Numbered from the stretch's first letter, positions 1 through 11,538 are shown. The stretch: DNA of 64,000 bases from Opitutia bacterium (GCA_050506795.1 JBJHCF010000013.1:34151-98150); one strand, 5' to 3'. Notes: generated by a model not told the origin, from the sequence alone. Translations and numbers: made by a program.

Positions 1-2185
1 AGGTCTTGTGCAGGTTGAAATGGCAGACGTCGCCGCCGATGGCCGCCGGGGTGGCGATTCCGAGCATGGCGTTGAGATTGGCGCCGTCGAGGTACACCTG
101 GCCGCCGTGTTCGTGCACGATGGCGCACACCTGGCGTATTCCCTTTTCGAATACGCCGTGCGTCGACGGGTAGGTCACCATGAGCGCGGCCAAACGATCG
201 GCGTGGGTTTCGGCTTTCTGTCGCAAATCCTCCAGGTCTATGTCCCCGTTCTCGCGGCATTGCACCGGAACCACCTGCAGGCCGCACATAATGGCGCTGG
301 CGGGATTGGTGCCGTGGGCGGATACCGGGATCAGGCAGACGTCACGCTGTCCCTCGCCCCGCTCCGAGTGGTAGTTGCGGATGGCCAGGAGGCCGGCGTA
401 CTCCCCCTGGGAGCCGGCATTGGGCTGGAGCGATACTGCCGCGAAGTCGGTCATGTCCGCCAGCCAGGCCTCGATTTGCCGGAAGATTTCCTGGTAACCC
501 TCGGCGTGCTCGCGGGGTGCGAAAGGGTGCAAATTGGCGAACTCCGGCCAGGTTATGGGAAGCATTTCCGCCGTGGCGTTGAGCTTCATGGTGCAGGAAC
601 CGAGCGGGGTCATGGAAACCGTCAATGAATGCTCCTTTGCTTCCAGGCGTTTGATGTAACGCAGCATCTCGGTTTCAGTGTGGAAGTCGTGGAAGACCCG
701 ATGAGTCAGAAATTCGCTCCGCCGGGCGAAGGGCTCCTCGAACTCGCCGAAAGCGATCTCCGCTTTTGCCCGCACCGCATCGGGCGAGGTCTGGCCACCG
801 AAGACTTCGATCAATTCGATGAGGTCCTCGACGCGGGAAGTTTCGTCGAGGGAAATGCCGACCGCATCCTTTCCCCAGTCGCGAAGCAGCAGCCCGCGCT
901 TGTCCGCCTTCTCGCGGAATGAAGCCGCCATGTCTCCTGAAACCTCCACTCTGATGGTGTCGAAGACCGGAGCCTTGCCGGTGTCGAAGCCAAGTTGTCC
1001 GAGTTCGTCCCGCAGAATCCGAGTGAGTGCGCGGATGCGGCGGGCGATGGTTTTCAGGCCGTCCGGGCCGTGGTAAACGGCGTACATGGATGCCATCACC
1101 GCCAGGAGGACCTGGGCGGTGCAGATATTGCTGGTGGCCTTGTCGCGGCGGATGTGTTGCTCGCGGGTTTGCAGCGCGAGCCGAAGCCCGCGCCGGCCCT
1201 CGGAATCGTGGGAGACCCCCACCAGTCGGCCCGGCATGCGCCGTTTGTGCTTTTCCAGGGTGGCGAAAAAGGCGGCATGGGGCCCGCCGTAACCCAGCGG
1301 CACGCCGAAGCGCTGGCTGCTGCCCACGGCGATGTCGGCCCCGAACTCGCCGGGAGGCCGCAGCAGGGTGAGCGCCAGCAGGTCGGTGGCCACCACCGCC
1401 AGGGCTCCAACATCGTGCAGGCTCCCGATCAGGGATTCGTAGTCGAGAATGCTTCCGTCGGTGGCCGGGTACTGGAGAAGCGCGCCGAAGAAGGAATCGT
1501 CCGGCTGCAGTTCCCGATGGTCGCCGACCACGGTTTTGATGCCCAGCGGTTCGGCGCGGGTACGCAACACTTCGATAGTTTGCGGGTGGCAAAGGTCGGA
1601 AACGAAGAAATTCCGTTTGTCGCCTTTTCCTTTGAGACCCCAAGCCATGGTCATGGCTTCGGCGGCGGCGGTGGCTTCGTCGAGCAGAGAGGCGTTGGCG
1701 ATTTCCAGTCCGGTCAGATCTGTCACCAGGGTCTGGAAGTTGAGCAGGGCTTCCAGACGCCCTTGAGCCAGCTCGGGCTGGTAGGGGGTGTATTGCGTGT
1801 ACCAACCCGGGTTTTCCAGGATATTGCGCTGAATGACCGGCGGAGTGAAACAGCCGTGGTAGCCCATGCCGATAAAACTTCGGTGGACGGTGTTGCGGCC
1901 GGCGATGGCGCGCAATTCCTCCAGCATTTCCCTTTCGCCCAGCGCCTGGGGCAGGTTGAGCGGACGTTCCAGGCGGATGTCCTCCGGTACGGCGGTGTCC
2001 ACCAGTTCTTCGAGCGAGCCGTAACCGAGAAGGTTGAGCATTTGCGCGACGGCGGTGCTGTCCGGACCGATATGTCTCCGGGGAAAGGTATCCGGTGGCG
2101 CCAGCGGGTCTGTTCCGCTTCCGAATCCCTGCGGGCGGTTTGAATCGGCGTTAATGTTTGATGTCGGCTCTTCGACTTTTGGCAT
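1..2185 (-). CDS. gcvP: Glycine dehydrogenase (decarboxylating), glycine cleavage P protein; 3' end runs off the window
   Basis: Absent from the ORF track, probably because it runs off the window with no stop. Manual translation from ATG at 2185 reads MPKVEE...[40 protein letters not shown]. The same strand later encodes [27 protein letters not shown] and [10 protein letters not shown], all GcvP hallmarks. Confidence 0.95.
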   Translation of the reverse strand, partial: MPKVEEPTSNINADSNRPQGFGSGTDPLAPPDTFPRRHIGPDSTAVAQMLNLLGYGSLEELVDTAVPEDIRLERPLNLPQALGEREMLEELRAIAGRNTVHRSFIGMGYHGCFTPPVIQRNILENPGWYTQYTPYQPELAQGRLEALLNFQTLVTDLTGLEIANASLLDEATAAAEAMTMAWGLKGKGDKRNFFVSDLCHPQTIEVLRTRAEPLGIKTVVGDHRELQPDDSFFGALLQYPATDGSILDYESLIGSLHDVGALAVVATDLLALTLLRPPGEFGADIAVGSSQRFGVPLGYGGPHAAFFATLEKHKRRMPGRLVGVSHDSEGRRGLRLALQTREQHIRRDKATSNICTAQVLLAVMASMYAVYHGPDGLKTIARRIRALTRILRDELGQLGFDTGKAPVFDTIRVEVSGDMAASFREKADKRGLLLRDWGKDAVGISLDETSRVEDLIELIEVFGGQTSPDAVRAKAEIAFGEFEEPFARRSEFLTHRVFHDFHTETEMLRYIKRLEAKEHSLTVSMTPLGSCTMKLNATAEMLPITWPEFANLHPFAPREHAEGYQEIFRQIEAWLADMTDFAAVSLQPNAGSQGEYAGLLAIRNYHSERGEGQRDVCLIPVSAHGTNPASAIMCGLQVVPVQCRENGDIDLEDLRQKAETHADRLAALMVTYPSTHGVFEKGIRQVCAIVHEHGGQVYLDGANLNAMLGIATPAAIGGDVCHFNLHKT

Positions 2186-2317
2186 CCTGCGAATATAATG
2201 GGGCGTCCCGGGGTATCAACCGTTTTTACGTAAAGGACCGATTCGGCGGGCTTGAAGCCGGGGTGGTGGCGCGATTGACATTGCCTTTCAAATTCGCTGC
2301 TTAAATATCGACGCATC

Positions 2318-3694
2318 ATGCCCGCTTCGATTTTGATAGTGGATGACGAGCGTCACACGCGCGAGGGTCTCATGCAGGCCTTTGAGGATGAGTACGACGT
2401 CTACCTGGCTCGCAGCGCCGACGAGGCTTTCAACCTGATGGAGGAGGAAGCGTTTGATGTCGTTCTGACCGACTTGAAGATGGCGGGAAAGTCCGGCCTG
2501 AAGGTTATCGACCGCGCGCTGACGCTGCGCAACCGGCCGGTGTGCATCATGATGACCGCGTACGGCAGTGTGGAAACGGCGGTGGAGGCGATGAAACGCG
2601 GGGCCTTCGATTTTCTGACCAAACCGGTTAATCTGGAAAAGCTGGAAATTCTTATCCAGCGGGCATTGAAGTCACGGAAAATCGAGGAGGAGAATTTGCA
2701 TTTGCACGAACGCCTCGACGCCAAGTTCCGTTTTGACTCCTTTGTGGGGGAATCCCGGGCGCTGCGTGACGTGATCGAACGCGTCAAGCTGGTGGCGGCC
2801 TCCCGGGCGACCATTCTGATCGGAGGAGAAACCGGTACCGGGAAGGAACTGGTGGCGCAGGCGATTCATCAGAACAGTGATCGTTCCAAAGGGCCCTTCG
2901 TTGCGGTGCACTGCGCCGCGTTGCCGCCGACGCTTCTGGAGAGCGAATTGTTCGGTCATGAAAAAGGTGCCTTCACCGGAGCCACCGAACGCCGTATCGG
3001 GCGTTTCGAGGCGGCGGATGGCGGAACGCTGTTTCTGGACGAAATTGGAGAGATCGACCACACCACGCAGGTCAAACTGCTGCGTTTCCTGGAGCAACGC
3101 ACTTTCGAGCGGGTGGGGGGCATGAAACCGATCAAAGTGGACGTTCGCCTGGTGACGGCGACCAATCGTCACCTGGAGGAATTGGTGCGGGAGGGCGATT
3201 TTCGGGAAGACCTTTTTTACCGGCTCAATGTGGTGCGAATCGACATTCCTTCGCTGCGGGAACGGCGCGAGGACATTCCCGTTCTGCTCAAGCATTATAT
3301 CGATCATTATGCGGCCGAGAACAATTTGCCTCCGGTGACCCTGGAAGCCGGGGCCATGCGGCTGCTGACCCAGTACGACTGGCCGGGAAACGTGCGGGAA
3401 CTGCGGAATCTGGCCGAAAACCTCGTCATCCTCCACCGCGGCGGCCGGGTGACCGAGTACGATCTGGATGGGAAGTTCAGGGGTGAGACCGGAACCGGCA
3501 CGGACCGGACGGAGTCGACTCCGCTGTCCAATCCCCTCTCGGTGCAGGAAAATGAGAAAAAACTGCTGCGTAGCGCGCTTTTGGAGGCGCGCGGCAACCG
3601 GAGCAAAGCGGCTCGCCTCATGGGTATCAGCCGGCGCACCCTGCACCGGAAATTGGCGCAATGGCCGGAGTTGGACGTGGTCGAGCGAAAGTGA
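2318..3694 (+). CDS. Sigma-54-dependent response regulator, NtrC/AtoC family (REC-AAA+-Fis HTH)
   Basis: Receiver domain (IVDDE, LTDLKM), Walker [39 protein letters not shown], and C-terminal [19 protein letters not shown]. Confidence 0.95.
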   Translation: MPASILIVDDERHTREGLMQAFEDEYDVYLARSADEAFNLMEEEAFDVVLTDLKMAGKSGLKVIDRALTLRNRPVCIMMTAYGSVETAVEAMKRGAFDFLTKPVNLEKLEILIQRALKSRKIEEENLHLHERLDAKFRFDSFVGESRALRDVIERVKLVAASRATILIGGETGTGKELVAQAIHQNSDRSKGPFVAVHCAALPPTLLESELFGHEKGAFTGATERRIGRFEAADGGTLFLDEIGEIDHTTQVKLLRFLEQRTFERVGGMKPIKVDVRLVTATNRHLEELVREGDFREDLFYRLNVVRIDIPSLRERREDIPVLLKHYIDHYAAENNLPPVTLEAGAMRLLTQYDWPGNVRELRNLAENLVILHRGGRVTEYDLDGKFRGETGTGTDRTESTPLSNPLSVQENEKKLLRSALLEARGNRSKAARLMGISRRTLHRKLAQWPELDVVERK

Positions 3695-3770
3695 TGTTCG
3701 GCTTGGGCGATCGATTGTTTCCTTGCGTTGACTTTTTCCGTTTCGTACTAGTTTTTGTTCTTTTCCACTT

Positions 3771-4652
3771 ATGAGAAATCACCTTTTGTTCATCCCCGCT
3801 TTGTTTGTTCTGACGATATCGCTGCCAGCCGAGGATCGGCCGGTATTGCGTGTCGGCGGATCGGATCTTCTGGGTACGGCATTCCAGGAAATCCTCGGGG
3901 ACTTCGCGCAAGAGTTTGACATTGATGTGCAAGTGAGCCTGCGCGGCACCTATGCGGCCCGTGCGGGAATGGACGAAGGGCGGCTCGACTTGGCCATCCT
4001 TGCCGCGCCGGCTGGGGCCGATTCCCATTTCGATGGTTTTGAATCGCACGCGCTGGCCTACCAGACTGTCGTTTTCGCCATCAACTCCGCTAATCCGCTG
4101 AATGAACTGACCCTGCCCCAGGTATCCGCGGTTTTCGGTGCTCAGGAGGTCTCTTCGTTCACCCGCTGGGGGGACCTGGGCCTGGCCGGGGAATTGCGTC
4201 CCCGGTCCATCGACCTGCATTCGATCGCGGCGGGGAGCAGTATCGCCGTTGACCTCTTTCGTCACCAGGTGTTGCGCACTCCGCGCCTGCGCGCATCGGT
4301 TACCTACCATCGAACCTCGAACGAGGTGATTGGCGCCCTGGCGGAAAGTACGGCGACAATCGGCCTGCTGCCGCAGGCGCCGCCCCCGGGACGTCCCGTG
4401 CGGGTTCTGGCCCTGGCGAGAGAGGATGGAGGCATTGCTTTTGGGCCGAGTCGTGAAAACGTGCACACCGGGGACTATCCGATTCGTCTGCCGGTTTACC
4501 TGGTGTTTTCCCCGGAGAACCGTGAGGCTTTGCGCGACCTGTTGCTTTACCTGACCCGTGAACGGGTGGCCGAGGCGATCGAGGCCTCCGGTCTTGTGCC
4601 GCTGCCCGCCAGTGCCCGCAACCGGCAGCGGCTCGATTTCGAACGTTTCTAA
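3771..4652 (+). CDS. PstS-like periplasmic substrate-binding domain protein
   Basis: Signal peptide, VGGSDLL, NSANPLNELTLPQVSAVF and GDYPIRLPVYL, which resemble the PBP/PstS fold. No ABC permease is adjacent. Confidence 0.7.
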   Translation: MRNHLLFIPALFVLTISLPAEDRPVLRVGGSDLLGTAFQEILGDFAQEFDIDVQVSLRGTYAARAGMDEGRLDLAILAAPAGADSHFDGFESHALAYQTVVFAINSANPLNELTLPQVSAVFGAQEVSSFTRWGDLGLAGELRPRSIDLHSIAAGSSIAVDLFRHQVLRTPRLRASVTYHRTSNEVIGALAESTATIGLLPQAPPPGRPVRVLALAREDGGIAFGPSRENVHTGDYPIRLPVYLVFSPENREALRDLLLYLTRERVAEAIEASGLVPLPASARNRQRLDFERF

Positions 4653-4683
4653 GACGGCTTTGAGCTTCGAAACGGGCCTTACC

Positions 4684-7230
4684 TCAGCGCCATTCGTGTT
4701 TGGGGTAGCGACCCTGCAGTTGTTTTTTCACCGCCGGATAACTGTTTTTCCAGAAGGCGGCGATGTCTTCGGTGACTTGAACCGGACGGTTGTTTGGAGC
4801 AAGAATGTGGATACGGACCGGGGCGCGGCCCTCGGCGAGACGGATGTTTTCCTCCAGCCCATACAGGTCCTGCACCCGGGCTGAAAGGACGGGCGGGTCG
4901 GTTTCGGAGTAAACCAGTTTTACCTTGCGCCCCCGGGGCAACTCGACGGAGGGCGGGGCGTAGTGATCGAGGGCCCCCGCCTGTTCGGGTGCCAGCCATG
5001 ATTTAACCGTGCCCATGACCGGTCGGTCTTTGATGTCCTTGTAACCACGTGCGCCGTACACGATCTGTTCGATCAAGGCCCGGCGGTCTTCGCGGTTAAT
5101 CGGGGGGAGTTCGAGTTCCGGCATGTGGGCCGCCAGGAAGTTCAGACGGGCGATCCATTGTTCGACGGAATGATCCCAGTTTTTCAACGGGCATCGTCCG
5201 GTGAGCACTTCCTCCGCCAGGATGGCGGCGGCCGCATCGTCAGAGACGCGGTCGGTGGGTTTGGTACGCAGTACCAGGTCGCGAAAAACCACGCTCTCCT
5301 GGCCGACAACCCGGCGGAGGGAGGAATCGAATTGGACCTCGTGGCGGGTGGAAACGTCTTCCGGAAACAATTCCTCCAGCCAGGATTCCTCGATGGCGGT
5401 GACCAGGCCCAGTCTTACGGTGACGTTGGACTCCTGGGCCGAGGTCGATATTTCGCGCACTTCCGAGGCGATGAAAAGCGGCGCATCGCGCACCACGCTT
5501 TCCCGATCAAGTTCGCCGCGCCGGCCGTGAACTATTTCACAGTGCAGCGTGCCGCGACGGGTGCGGCGTGCGACCTGGTCGGAGAACCCCTGAAGGAGGC
5601 AGCGGCGGACCTTGACGGAGTCGCTGGAGGTCGGGTGGGATTGCCGGTTTTTCGCGTCGGCGATCCGGAGGAAATGGTGAAAAATCTGTCCCGCCTGGCG
5701 GGCGGCGCCGGCGTGGACCCCCACCTCGCGGCAGGCGTTGACGGAAAAGCGGTTTTCCGCCGCGAAGCTCCAGGCGCGCATCTGGGCGAAAAAATCGGAT
5801 TCCTGTTCGTCGCCCAGGTGATCTTCACGCCGGACCTCGACGCGTTTGTCGGGACGCCTCTCCAGCAGACCGCGGGTTTGAGTGAGGGCGGCGATCAATG
5901 CGATCTCCGGCACGCAGCCGGCTTCGCGGGCGGCCATGAGCATGCGGGCGTAGCGCGGGTGCACGGGAAAGGCGGCCATGGCCCGGCCGGTATCGGTCAG
6001 TCGGGCGCGGGCATCGAGGGCGCCGAGTTCCTGCAGGAGGCGCTGAGCCCGCTCCAGGGCGGCCGGTTCCGGGGGTTCCAGCCAGGGAAAGGTTTCGAGG
6101 TTCTCAATGGCGCTGTTTTTCAGGGTGAGGACGGTTTCCGCCAAATCGAGTCGCTTGATCTCCGGAAGGTCGGCGGCGGGGCGGGCAACGTGATCCTCCT
6201 CGCTCCAGAGCCGCAGGCAATGGCCCGGGGCGGTTCGTCCGGCGCGCCCGGCTCGTTGAGCGGCGGACGCGCGGGAAATTTTTTCCACCAGCAACGTGTT
6301 GATGCCGCGCTGGGCGTCGAATCGGGCGATTCGGGCCAGGCCGCTGTCGATCACGATGCGGATTCCTTCGATGGTCAGCGACGTTTCCGCCACGTTGGTG
6401 GAAACCACGATCTTGCGCCGCTCGCAGGGGCCCAGGGCGGCGTCCTGCGATTGCGGAGGGAGCTCGCCGTGCAAGGGGAGCCTGGCGAAAGGACGCAGGC
6501 TGGGAAAGGCTTCCAGGGCCGAGAGGGTACGTTGGATCTCGTAGGCGCCGGGCATAAAAATAAGGGCGTCGCCTTCCGCGCCGGCGTTGATGAGCCGGTC
6601 CAGTTCTCGCGCCGCCAGTTCCCAGACTGGCGGCGGGTGTCGCTCGCGCGAGCGGGGAAGGTATTCGGTTTCAACCGGGTAAGCGCGACCCTGGGAGCTC
6701 AGGGTATGGCACGGTTCCAGATAAGGTTCCAGGGCGGTGCGGTCCAGGGTGGCCGACATCACGACCAGCTTGAGGTCGGGGCGATTTTCCTGCTGGATCT
6801 GCAGTGCGCGGGCCAGGGTGATGTCGCCGTAGAGGTGGCGTTCGTGGAACTCATCGAAAAGGATCGCGGCCACGCCCGGCAGGTCGGGATTCTCCATGAT
6901 CTGCCGGAGCAGGATGCCCTCGGTGACAAAACGGATGCGGGTTCGGGAAGAGACGACCCGGTCGAACCGGATTTGGTAGCCCACTTCCTCGCCGAGATCC
7001 CCGCCGCGCTCCCGCGCCACCCGTTTGGCCAGCATACGCGCCGCCAGGCGGCGAGGTTGCAGGATGACGATTTCGCCCGATTCGCAAAGCCCTTCCTCCA
7101 ACAGGATTTGCGGGACCTGGGTGGATTTGCCCGAGCCGGTGGGAGCGTCCAGAATCAGGCGGTTGCCCTGGCGCAGGGCGCTCGCGATGGCGCCCCGCAG
7201 CTCGCGAACGGGAAGATCGGAGCCGGTCAT
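4684..7230 (-). CDS. hrpB: ATP-dependent helicase HrpB
   Basis: APTGSGKST, DEFHER, MSAT, STNVAETSLTI, QRAGRAGR, and HrpB C-terminal PVQVTEDIAAFW...YPKHEW. Confidence 0.95.
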   Translation of the reverse strand: MTGSDLPVRELRGAIASALRQGNRLILDAPTGSGKSTQVPQILLEEGLCESGEIVILQPRRLAARMLAKRVARERGGDLGEEVGYQIRFDRVVSSRTRIRFVTEGILLRQIMENPDLPGVAAILFDEFHERHLYGDITLARALQIQQENRPDLKLVVMSATLDRTALEPYLEPCHTLSSQGRAYPVETEYLPRSRERHPPPVWELAARELDRLINAGAEGDALIFMPGAYEIQRTLSALEAFPSLRPFARLPLHGELPPQSQDAALGPCERRKIVVSTNVAETSLTIEGIRIVIDSGLARIARFDAQRGINTLLVEKISRASAAQRAGRAGRTAPGHCLRLWSEEDHVARPAADLPEIKRLDLAETVLTLKNSAIENLETFPWLEPPEPAALERAQRLLQELGALDARARLTDTGRAMAAFPVHPRYARMLMAAREAGCVPEIALIAALTQTRGLLERRPDKRVEVRREDHLGDEQESDFFAQMRAWSFAAENRFSVNACREVGVHAGAARQAGQIFHHFLRIADAKNRQSHPTSSDSVKVRRCLLQGFSDQVARRTRRGTLHCEIVHGRRGELDRESVVRDAPLFIASEVREISTSAQESNVTVRLGLVTAIEESWLEELFPEDVSTRHEVQFDSSLRRVVGQESVVFRDLVLRTKPTDRVSDDAAAAILAEEVLTGRCPLKNWDHSVEQWIARLNFLAAHMPELELPPINREDRRALIEQIVYGARGYKDIKDRPVMGTVKSWLAPEQAGALDHYAPPSVELPRGRKVKLVYSETDPPVLSARVQDLYGLEENIRLAEGRAPVRIHILAPNNRPVQVTEDIAAFWKNSYPAVKKQLQGRYPKHEWR

Positions 7231-7241
7231 AGCGGGATGAA

Positions 7242-8687
7242 TCAGTCGTCGTCTTCCGGCGGCGGGACGTCGGTCGCGGTGAAGGTTCCGTGGACCTGGC
7301 GCGGGGGATCGGTGAACGCGGTTCCAGTGAAGGTCCCCGACGATTCGTCGTCGTAGCTCAGGGTCAGATTGTATTGGGTGGGAAAAAAGGCTTCCGGATC
7401 GAAGATCAACTGCAGTTGTCCGGAATAGGGCGTGGTGGTGTCGAAGGCCCGCACATTGCCCGACATTTCCACCGAAGAACCCGGATTTTCCACGTAAGTG
7501 CCGAAAAGGGCGGTAGGCCCGAAATTCAGGCGGATGACCTGGGTGGGACTGAACGACTCGAAGCGGAAGTCGAAGGTGCGGTTGGGCAGACCGGCGAACG
7601 CGGTGCGCGGGTACTCGACCCGGGCGACCCGCAGAAAGAGCTGCGGTTCGTTGTTGAATCGCGCCGGCAGAGGCGCCGGATTCGGCGGTATCTCCTGATT
7701 GGTGAGGTGTCCGCGGAGGAAGAACCAGGTTTCAAGATCGGTGCTGTAAAAGGTGGCATATTCGTTGAAATACTCCTGTTCGAATTTCAGGGCGAACGGA
7801 CGGGATTCACCCACGAGTTCCGTGAGCAATCCGCGCGGACGCGGCAACGGCTCGGCATCCGGATCGAATGCTTCGGCCTCGGGCCCGTTTCTGACAATGG
7901 TGACTCGCTGAATCACGATGTCGTCGATCGGCCGGTCGTCGGGGATGGAGGGAGGCTCCTCTCCATTTCCGTTGTCGCCGTCACCGTTCTCATCACCGTT
8001 GTCGCCATTTTCGCCGTCACCGTTCTCATTACCGTTGCCGTTTTCGCCGTTCTCTCCGTCGTTTTCGTTCTCCTCCTCCTCGTCGTCGTTGTTGAGATCG
8101 CTCCCGGTCGGTGTCGTACCGATGGCCTCAACCACCTCCATGCCGCGCACCACGCGGCCGAAAACGGAGTGGGCCCCGTCCAGGTGCGGCGCTTCGTCCA
8201 GGGTGATGAAGAATTGACTGCCATTGGTGTTCGGTCCGGCGTTGGCCATCGAGAGTAGACCCGCTTCGGAATGGGTCAGCTCCGGGAGGATTTCATCGGG
8301 GAAGAAATACCCCGGCCCCCCGCTGCCATCGCCGCGCGGCGATCCGGACTGAATGACGAACCCGGGTTCCACCCGGTGGAAGATCAGGCCGTCGTAAAAC
8401 GGCCGGCTCCGCAGGGCCAGGGTGTTCATATCGATCCACCGTTGCGTGCCCTCGGCCAGGCCGACGAAATTGGCCACGGTCATCGGGGTCTGGTCGAAGT
8501 AAAGCTCGCAAACGAACTCGCCGAACGCGTCCTCGCCCTCCTCGCCGGTGAATTCGATCTCGAAAACCGCGAACAGGCCCGGGCCGAGGTCGTCATAGGG
8601 GCCGCCGTTTTCGGCGAGGCCCAAAGGGATCAAGGCGGAAAAAAGGAATATCGCGGCGGAGCGGAGCATGAGATTGATCTTGCGCAT
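7242..8687 (-). CDS. Secreted cyclophilin-type peptidyl-prolyl isomerase with acidic low-complexity insert and C-terminal extra domains
   Basis: Signal peptide, [31 protein letters not shown] and [12 protein letters not shown], followed by an E/N/G/D-rich insert and a ~200-aa C-terminal extension. Confidence 0.9.
   Translation of the reverse strand: MRKINLMLRSAAIFLFSALIPLGLAENGGPYDDLGPGLFAVFEIEFTGEEGEDAFGEFVCELYFDQTPMTVANFVGLAEGTQRWIDMNTLALRSRPFYDGLIFHRVEPGFVIQSGSPRGDGSGGPGYFFPDEILPELTHSEAGLLSMANAGPNTNGSQFFITLDEAPHLDGAHSVFGRVVRGMEVVEAIGTTPTGSDLNNDDEEEENENDGENGENGNGNENGDGENGDNGDENGDGDNGNGEEPPSIPDDRPIDDIVIQRVTIVRNGPEAEAFDPDAEPLPRPRGLLTELVGESRPFALKFEQEYFNEYATFYSTDLETWFFLRGHLTNQEIPPNPAPLPARFNNEPQLFLRVARVEYPRTAFAGLPNRTFDFRFESFSPTQVIRLNFGPTALFGTYVENPGSSVEMSGNVRAFDTTTPYSGQLQLIFDPEAFFPTQYNLTLSYDDESSGTFTGTAFTDPPRQVHGTFTATDVPPPEDDD
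7957..8093. repeat. Intragenic low-complexity repeat encoding (E/D)NG units
   Basis: TCGCCGTCACCGTTCTCAT occurs at 7975-7993 and 8011-8029 (period 36). The region encodes [46 protein letters not shown]. Confidence 0.8.
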
Positions 8688-8745
8688 GAGTCGGTGAATT
8701 CGTTTGGCAGGTTGGGCGATAAGCAGCCGGATTGCACGGAAAATC

Positions 8746-9312
8746 TCAGCTCCCCGGCTTCACCGCCGGGGTACCTTTCAAGTGTGCCGGCAGGGCATCG
8801 GGGGCGTAGGTGGGAAAATTCAGGTGCACCAGAGAAACGAGGGGGACGGAAAAACTCGCGTTTCCCGCGCTGCGGTCGACCAGCACCGCCAGGGCCTGGG
8901 GGGCGCCTCCTTCGGCGGCCGCGATGTCGATGGCTTCGCGCGCCCGTCCGCCCCGGGTCACCACATCCTCCACCACCAGAATGCGTTCGCCGGGCGCGAT
9001 GCGGAAACCGCGACGCAGGGCCAGGCGATCGTTTTCCTTTTCCACGAAAATAAAGCGGCTGCCGCTCTGACGAGCCACCTCCTGGCCGATCACCAGTCCG
9101 CCCATGGCGGGGGCCAGGACGGTTTCGAAGCGGGTGTCCCCGAGCTTTTCCAGTAACAGTTCCGCGAGCCTTTCGACATGATTCAGGTATTGGCACACCT
9201 GGGCGCACTGGAAGAAATATTCGCTGTGCAGTCCCGACCGAAGCACAAAATGCCCCTTGAGCAACGCTCCGCTCCGGCGGAAGATATCAAGAACTTCGTC
9301 GTTTTGATTCAT
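8746..9312 (-). CDS. pyrE: Orotate phosphoribosyltransferase
   Basis: [16 protein letters not shown] and PRPP-binding [10 protein letters not shown]. Start set at MNQNDEV (ATG 9312). Confidence 0.92.
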   Translation of the reverse strand: MNQNDEVLDIFRRSGALLKGHFVLRSGLHSEYFFQCAQVCQYLNHVERLAELLLEKLGDTRFETVLAPAMGGLVIGQEVARQSGSRFIFVEKENDRLALRRGFRIAPGERILVVEDVVTRGGRAREAIDIAAAEGGAPQALAVLVDRSAGNASFSVPLVSLVHLNFPTYAPDALPAHLKGTPAVKPGS

Positions 9313-9399
9313 ATTTGGCGGAATGATGAGAACAAAGGGCTGGAAAAACAAAATCAATTTTGCCAAGTCGCGGTCTCGGCTGTTAGAGTGTTTACGGCA

Positions 9400-10242
9400 A
9401 TGTATGGATTCGTGAGAGAACTGGAAGACGAGTTGGGAGACGTGCTGGAAAAGGCGTTGAAGTTTTCCGGCATGACGGAGGAGTCCCTCGCCAGTCGGTC
9501 CGGGGTGTCCGCGGCGAAAATCAAGGATGCCGAGGATTATCGCTACGACCTGACGGCGGACGAATTGCGCAGCCTGGCCAGTGTTTTGAAGTTGAACGAA
9601 GTCGGGCTTTCCGCGTTGAGCGGGGGACGTTACCCGTTGCCCGCTCTGTCCGGTCTTCCATGCGAATTGTATACCCTGGCGATGCCTTTCGGAGTGGGGT
9701 GCGTCAATGCCTACCTGGTGGCGGAGCCCGGGGCCGGTACGGCGCTATTGTTCGACACCGGCAACGACCTGCGGGCATTGTCGCAGGTTTGGCCGGAGGG
9801 GGTCGATTCGGTCGATGGGATATTTCTGACCCACTGGGACGCCGACCATGCTGGGGGGGTCGTCGCGTTGCGGCAACGGTATCCCGAGGCGGTGGTGTTC
9901 GCGCCTGCCGGCGGCACCGGGAATTACAAAGTGTTGCGCGGCGGCGAGACGATAGAGCGATCCGGGTTTAATATCCGTGTTATGGATACTCCCGGGCATT
10001 CGGAGCATCACCTTTCCTATCATGTGGTTCCCTCATGCCGGCCGGAGAGCGGCGGCATACTGGTTGGCGGAGACCTTTTATTCGCCGGTTCCGTCGCCTG
10101 CGCCTTTTATTGTCCGCGGAAACTCCTGAGCAACGTGCGCCGGGTTCTGGCGGAAATGGACGGAGAGACCGTCGTCGCTCCGGGCCACGGCCCACTGACC
10201 ACCATCGAAAACGAGAGGCGTTACAACGTCTTTAATTTTTAA
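9400..10242 (+). CDS. MBL-fold metallo-hydrolase with N-terminal XRE-like HTH
   Basis: N-terminal ELEDELGDVLEKA...ESLASRSGVS (HTH-like). MBL motifs FDTG, THWDADHAGG, TPGHS, GDLLF and PGHGPLTT. Start at ATG 9400 avoids the pyrE overlap. Confidence 0.85.
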   Translation: MYGFVRELEDELGDVLEKALKFSGMTEESLASRSGVSAAKIKDAEDYRYDLTADELRSLASVLKLNEVGLSALSGGRYPLPALSGLPCELYTLAMPFGVGCVNAYLVAEPGAGTALLFDTGNDLRALSQVWPEGVDSVDGIFLTHWDADHAGGVVALRQRYPEAVVFAPAGGTGNYKVLRGGETIERSGFNIRVMDTPGHSEHHLSYHVVPSCRPESGGILVGGDLLFAGSVACAFYCPRKLLSNVRRVLAEMDGETVVAPGHGPLTTIENERRYNVFNF

Positions 10243-10341
10243 TCGACGTGATTTCCGGTCGGTGTTCCGGCGTTCTTTTGTGTTGAACCCGAAATGTTTG
10301 CCTTACATGGTGGTGCTGATTTGGCCAGCGAAAATACAGCC

Positions 10342-11538
10342 ATGAATACACCGCCGACCGGCGTGCAGCCCGCCCGGGGTGGTAGCGATGTCGCTCCCGG
10401 GACGGAAGCCAAACGCCTGGCCCTGGTGGAGGACGATCGGCTGAACGCGATAATTCTGCAGCGTATTCTCGAGCGTGACGGCTACCAGGTGACGTGGTTC
10501 GCCTCGGGAGAGGAATTTCTGAATGCGCCGGGAAGGGAGGCGTTCGATCTGGTCCTGTTGGATGTGGTATTGCCCGGAGTCGACGGACTGGAGGTCTGTC
10601 GCCGGCTGAAAGCGTCCCTTGGAGACTCCGATGTCCCGGTGATTTTTATCACCGCCCGCAGTGGCGCCAAAGACGTGGTGGCGGGATTCGAGTCGGGCGG
10701 GGCGGACTACATTCCCAAGCCGTTTCAGCCGAGCGAGGCCCTGGCCCGGGTGCGCACGCACCTGCGCGTGCGGGAGTTATTGAATGAGCAGGCGGAGATC
10801 ATCGCCAAACTCGACGCGGCGGTGCAGGCGCGCAATCGGCTGCTCGGAGTGACGGCCCATGACTTGCGGAATCCGCTGATATCGATACGGGGTTTCGGCG
10901 AAATGTTGCGCGACGGGATGGCGGGAGAAATGAACGCGGAGCAGAGCGAGATGGCCTCGATCATAGCTTCGGCCGCGGCGTCGATGTTGGGGTTGATCGA
11001 CGATCTGCTCGATCTTTCCGCGATCGACGCTGGGGAATTGAAATTGGACCTGGAGGAAAGTGACCTGGCCGAACTGCTGGACAAGACGGTGTCCTTGTAT
11101 CGGGGTCATGCGGACAACAAAGAGATTTCCCTGCAAACCGATCCGCCGTCCGAAATGGTGAGGGCGTGCTTCGATCGCGGTCGTATGCAACAGGTGGCTG
11201 AGAATCTGATCAGCAACGCCCTAAAGTTCTCGCCTCGCGGACTGCGGGTACTCGTGAAATGGGGAGAATCCGGGGACTCTGTTTTTTTCGCGGTGCGAGA
11301 CGAGGGACCGGGAATTCCGGAGGCGGAGCGCGACCGTTTGTTTATGGATTACGGCAAGACTTCAGTGCGTCCCACCGCCGGTGAAAAAAGTACCGGACTG
11401 GGGCTCGCCATCTGCCGGAAAATCGTCGAGGCTCACGGCGGTGTTATTGAGGTTACCAATCTTGCCGGCCGTGGTTGCGAGTTTGTCGTGACAATTCCCG
11501 CCCGGTTGAACGAAGGGGAGACGCATAAAAGTGAGTGA
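10342..11538 (+). CDS. Hybrid response regulator/histidine kinase (REC-HisKA-HATPase), cytoplasmic
   Basis: LVEDD...LLDVVLPGVDG...KPF receiver, H-box AHDLRNPL, NLISNALKFS, DEGPGI and TGLGLAI. Start uncertain (10294 or 10342). Confidence 0.92.
   Translation: MNTPPTGVQPARGGSDVAPGTEAKRLALVEDDRLNAIILQRILERDGYQVTWFASGEEFLNAPGREAFDLVLLDVVLPGVDGLEVCRRLKASLGDSDVPVIFITARSGAKDVVAGFESGGADYIPKPFQPSEALARVRTHLRVRELLNEQAEIIAKLDAAVQARNRLLGVTAHDLRNPLISIRGFGEMLRDGMAGEMNAEQSEMASIIASAAASMLGLIDDLLDLSAIDAGELKLDLEESDLAELLDKTVSLYRGHADNKEISLQTDPPSEMVRACFDRGRMQQVAENLISNALKFSPRGLRVLVKWGESGDSVFFAVRDEGPGIPEAERDRLFMDYGKTSVRPTAGEKSTGLGLAICRKIVEAHGGVIEVTNLAGRGCEFVVTIPARLNEGETHKSE

Noticed and set aside
8..2143. Plus-strand ORFs 8-628, 629-922 and 995-2143, and minus-strand 675-1805
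   Set aside because: These are shadow or off-frame ORFs of gcvP, which occupies the minus strand from 2185.
2186..2317. Possible glycine riboswitch upstream of gcvP
   Set aside because: The gap is only about 130 bp, is shared with a divergent promoter, and shows no GGAGA...CUCAGG aptamer pattern.
5125..7356. Long antisense ORFs (743 aa here; also 62249-63877, 33301-34719, 52305-53534, 18668-19927)
   Set aside because: They lie opposite well-supported genes, as expected in high-GC coding DNA, and carry no recognisable motifs.
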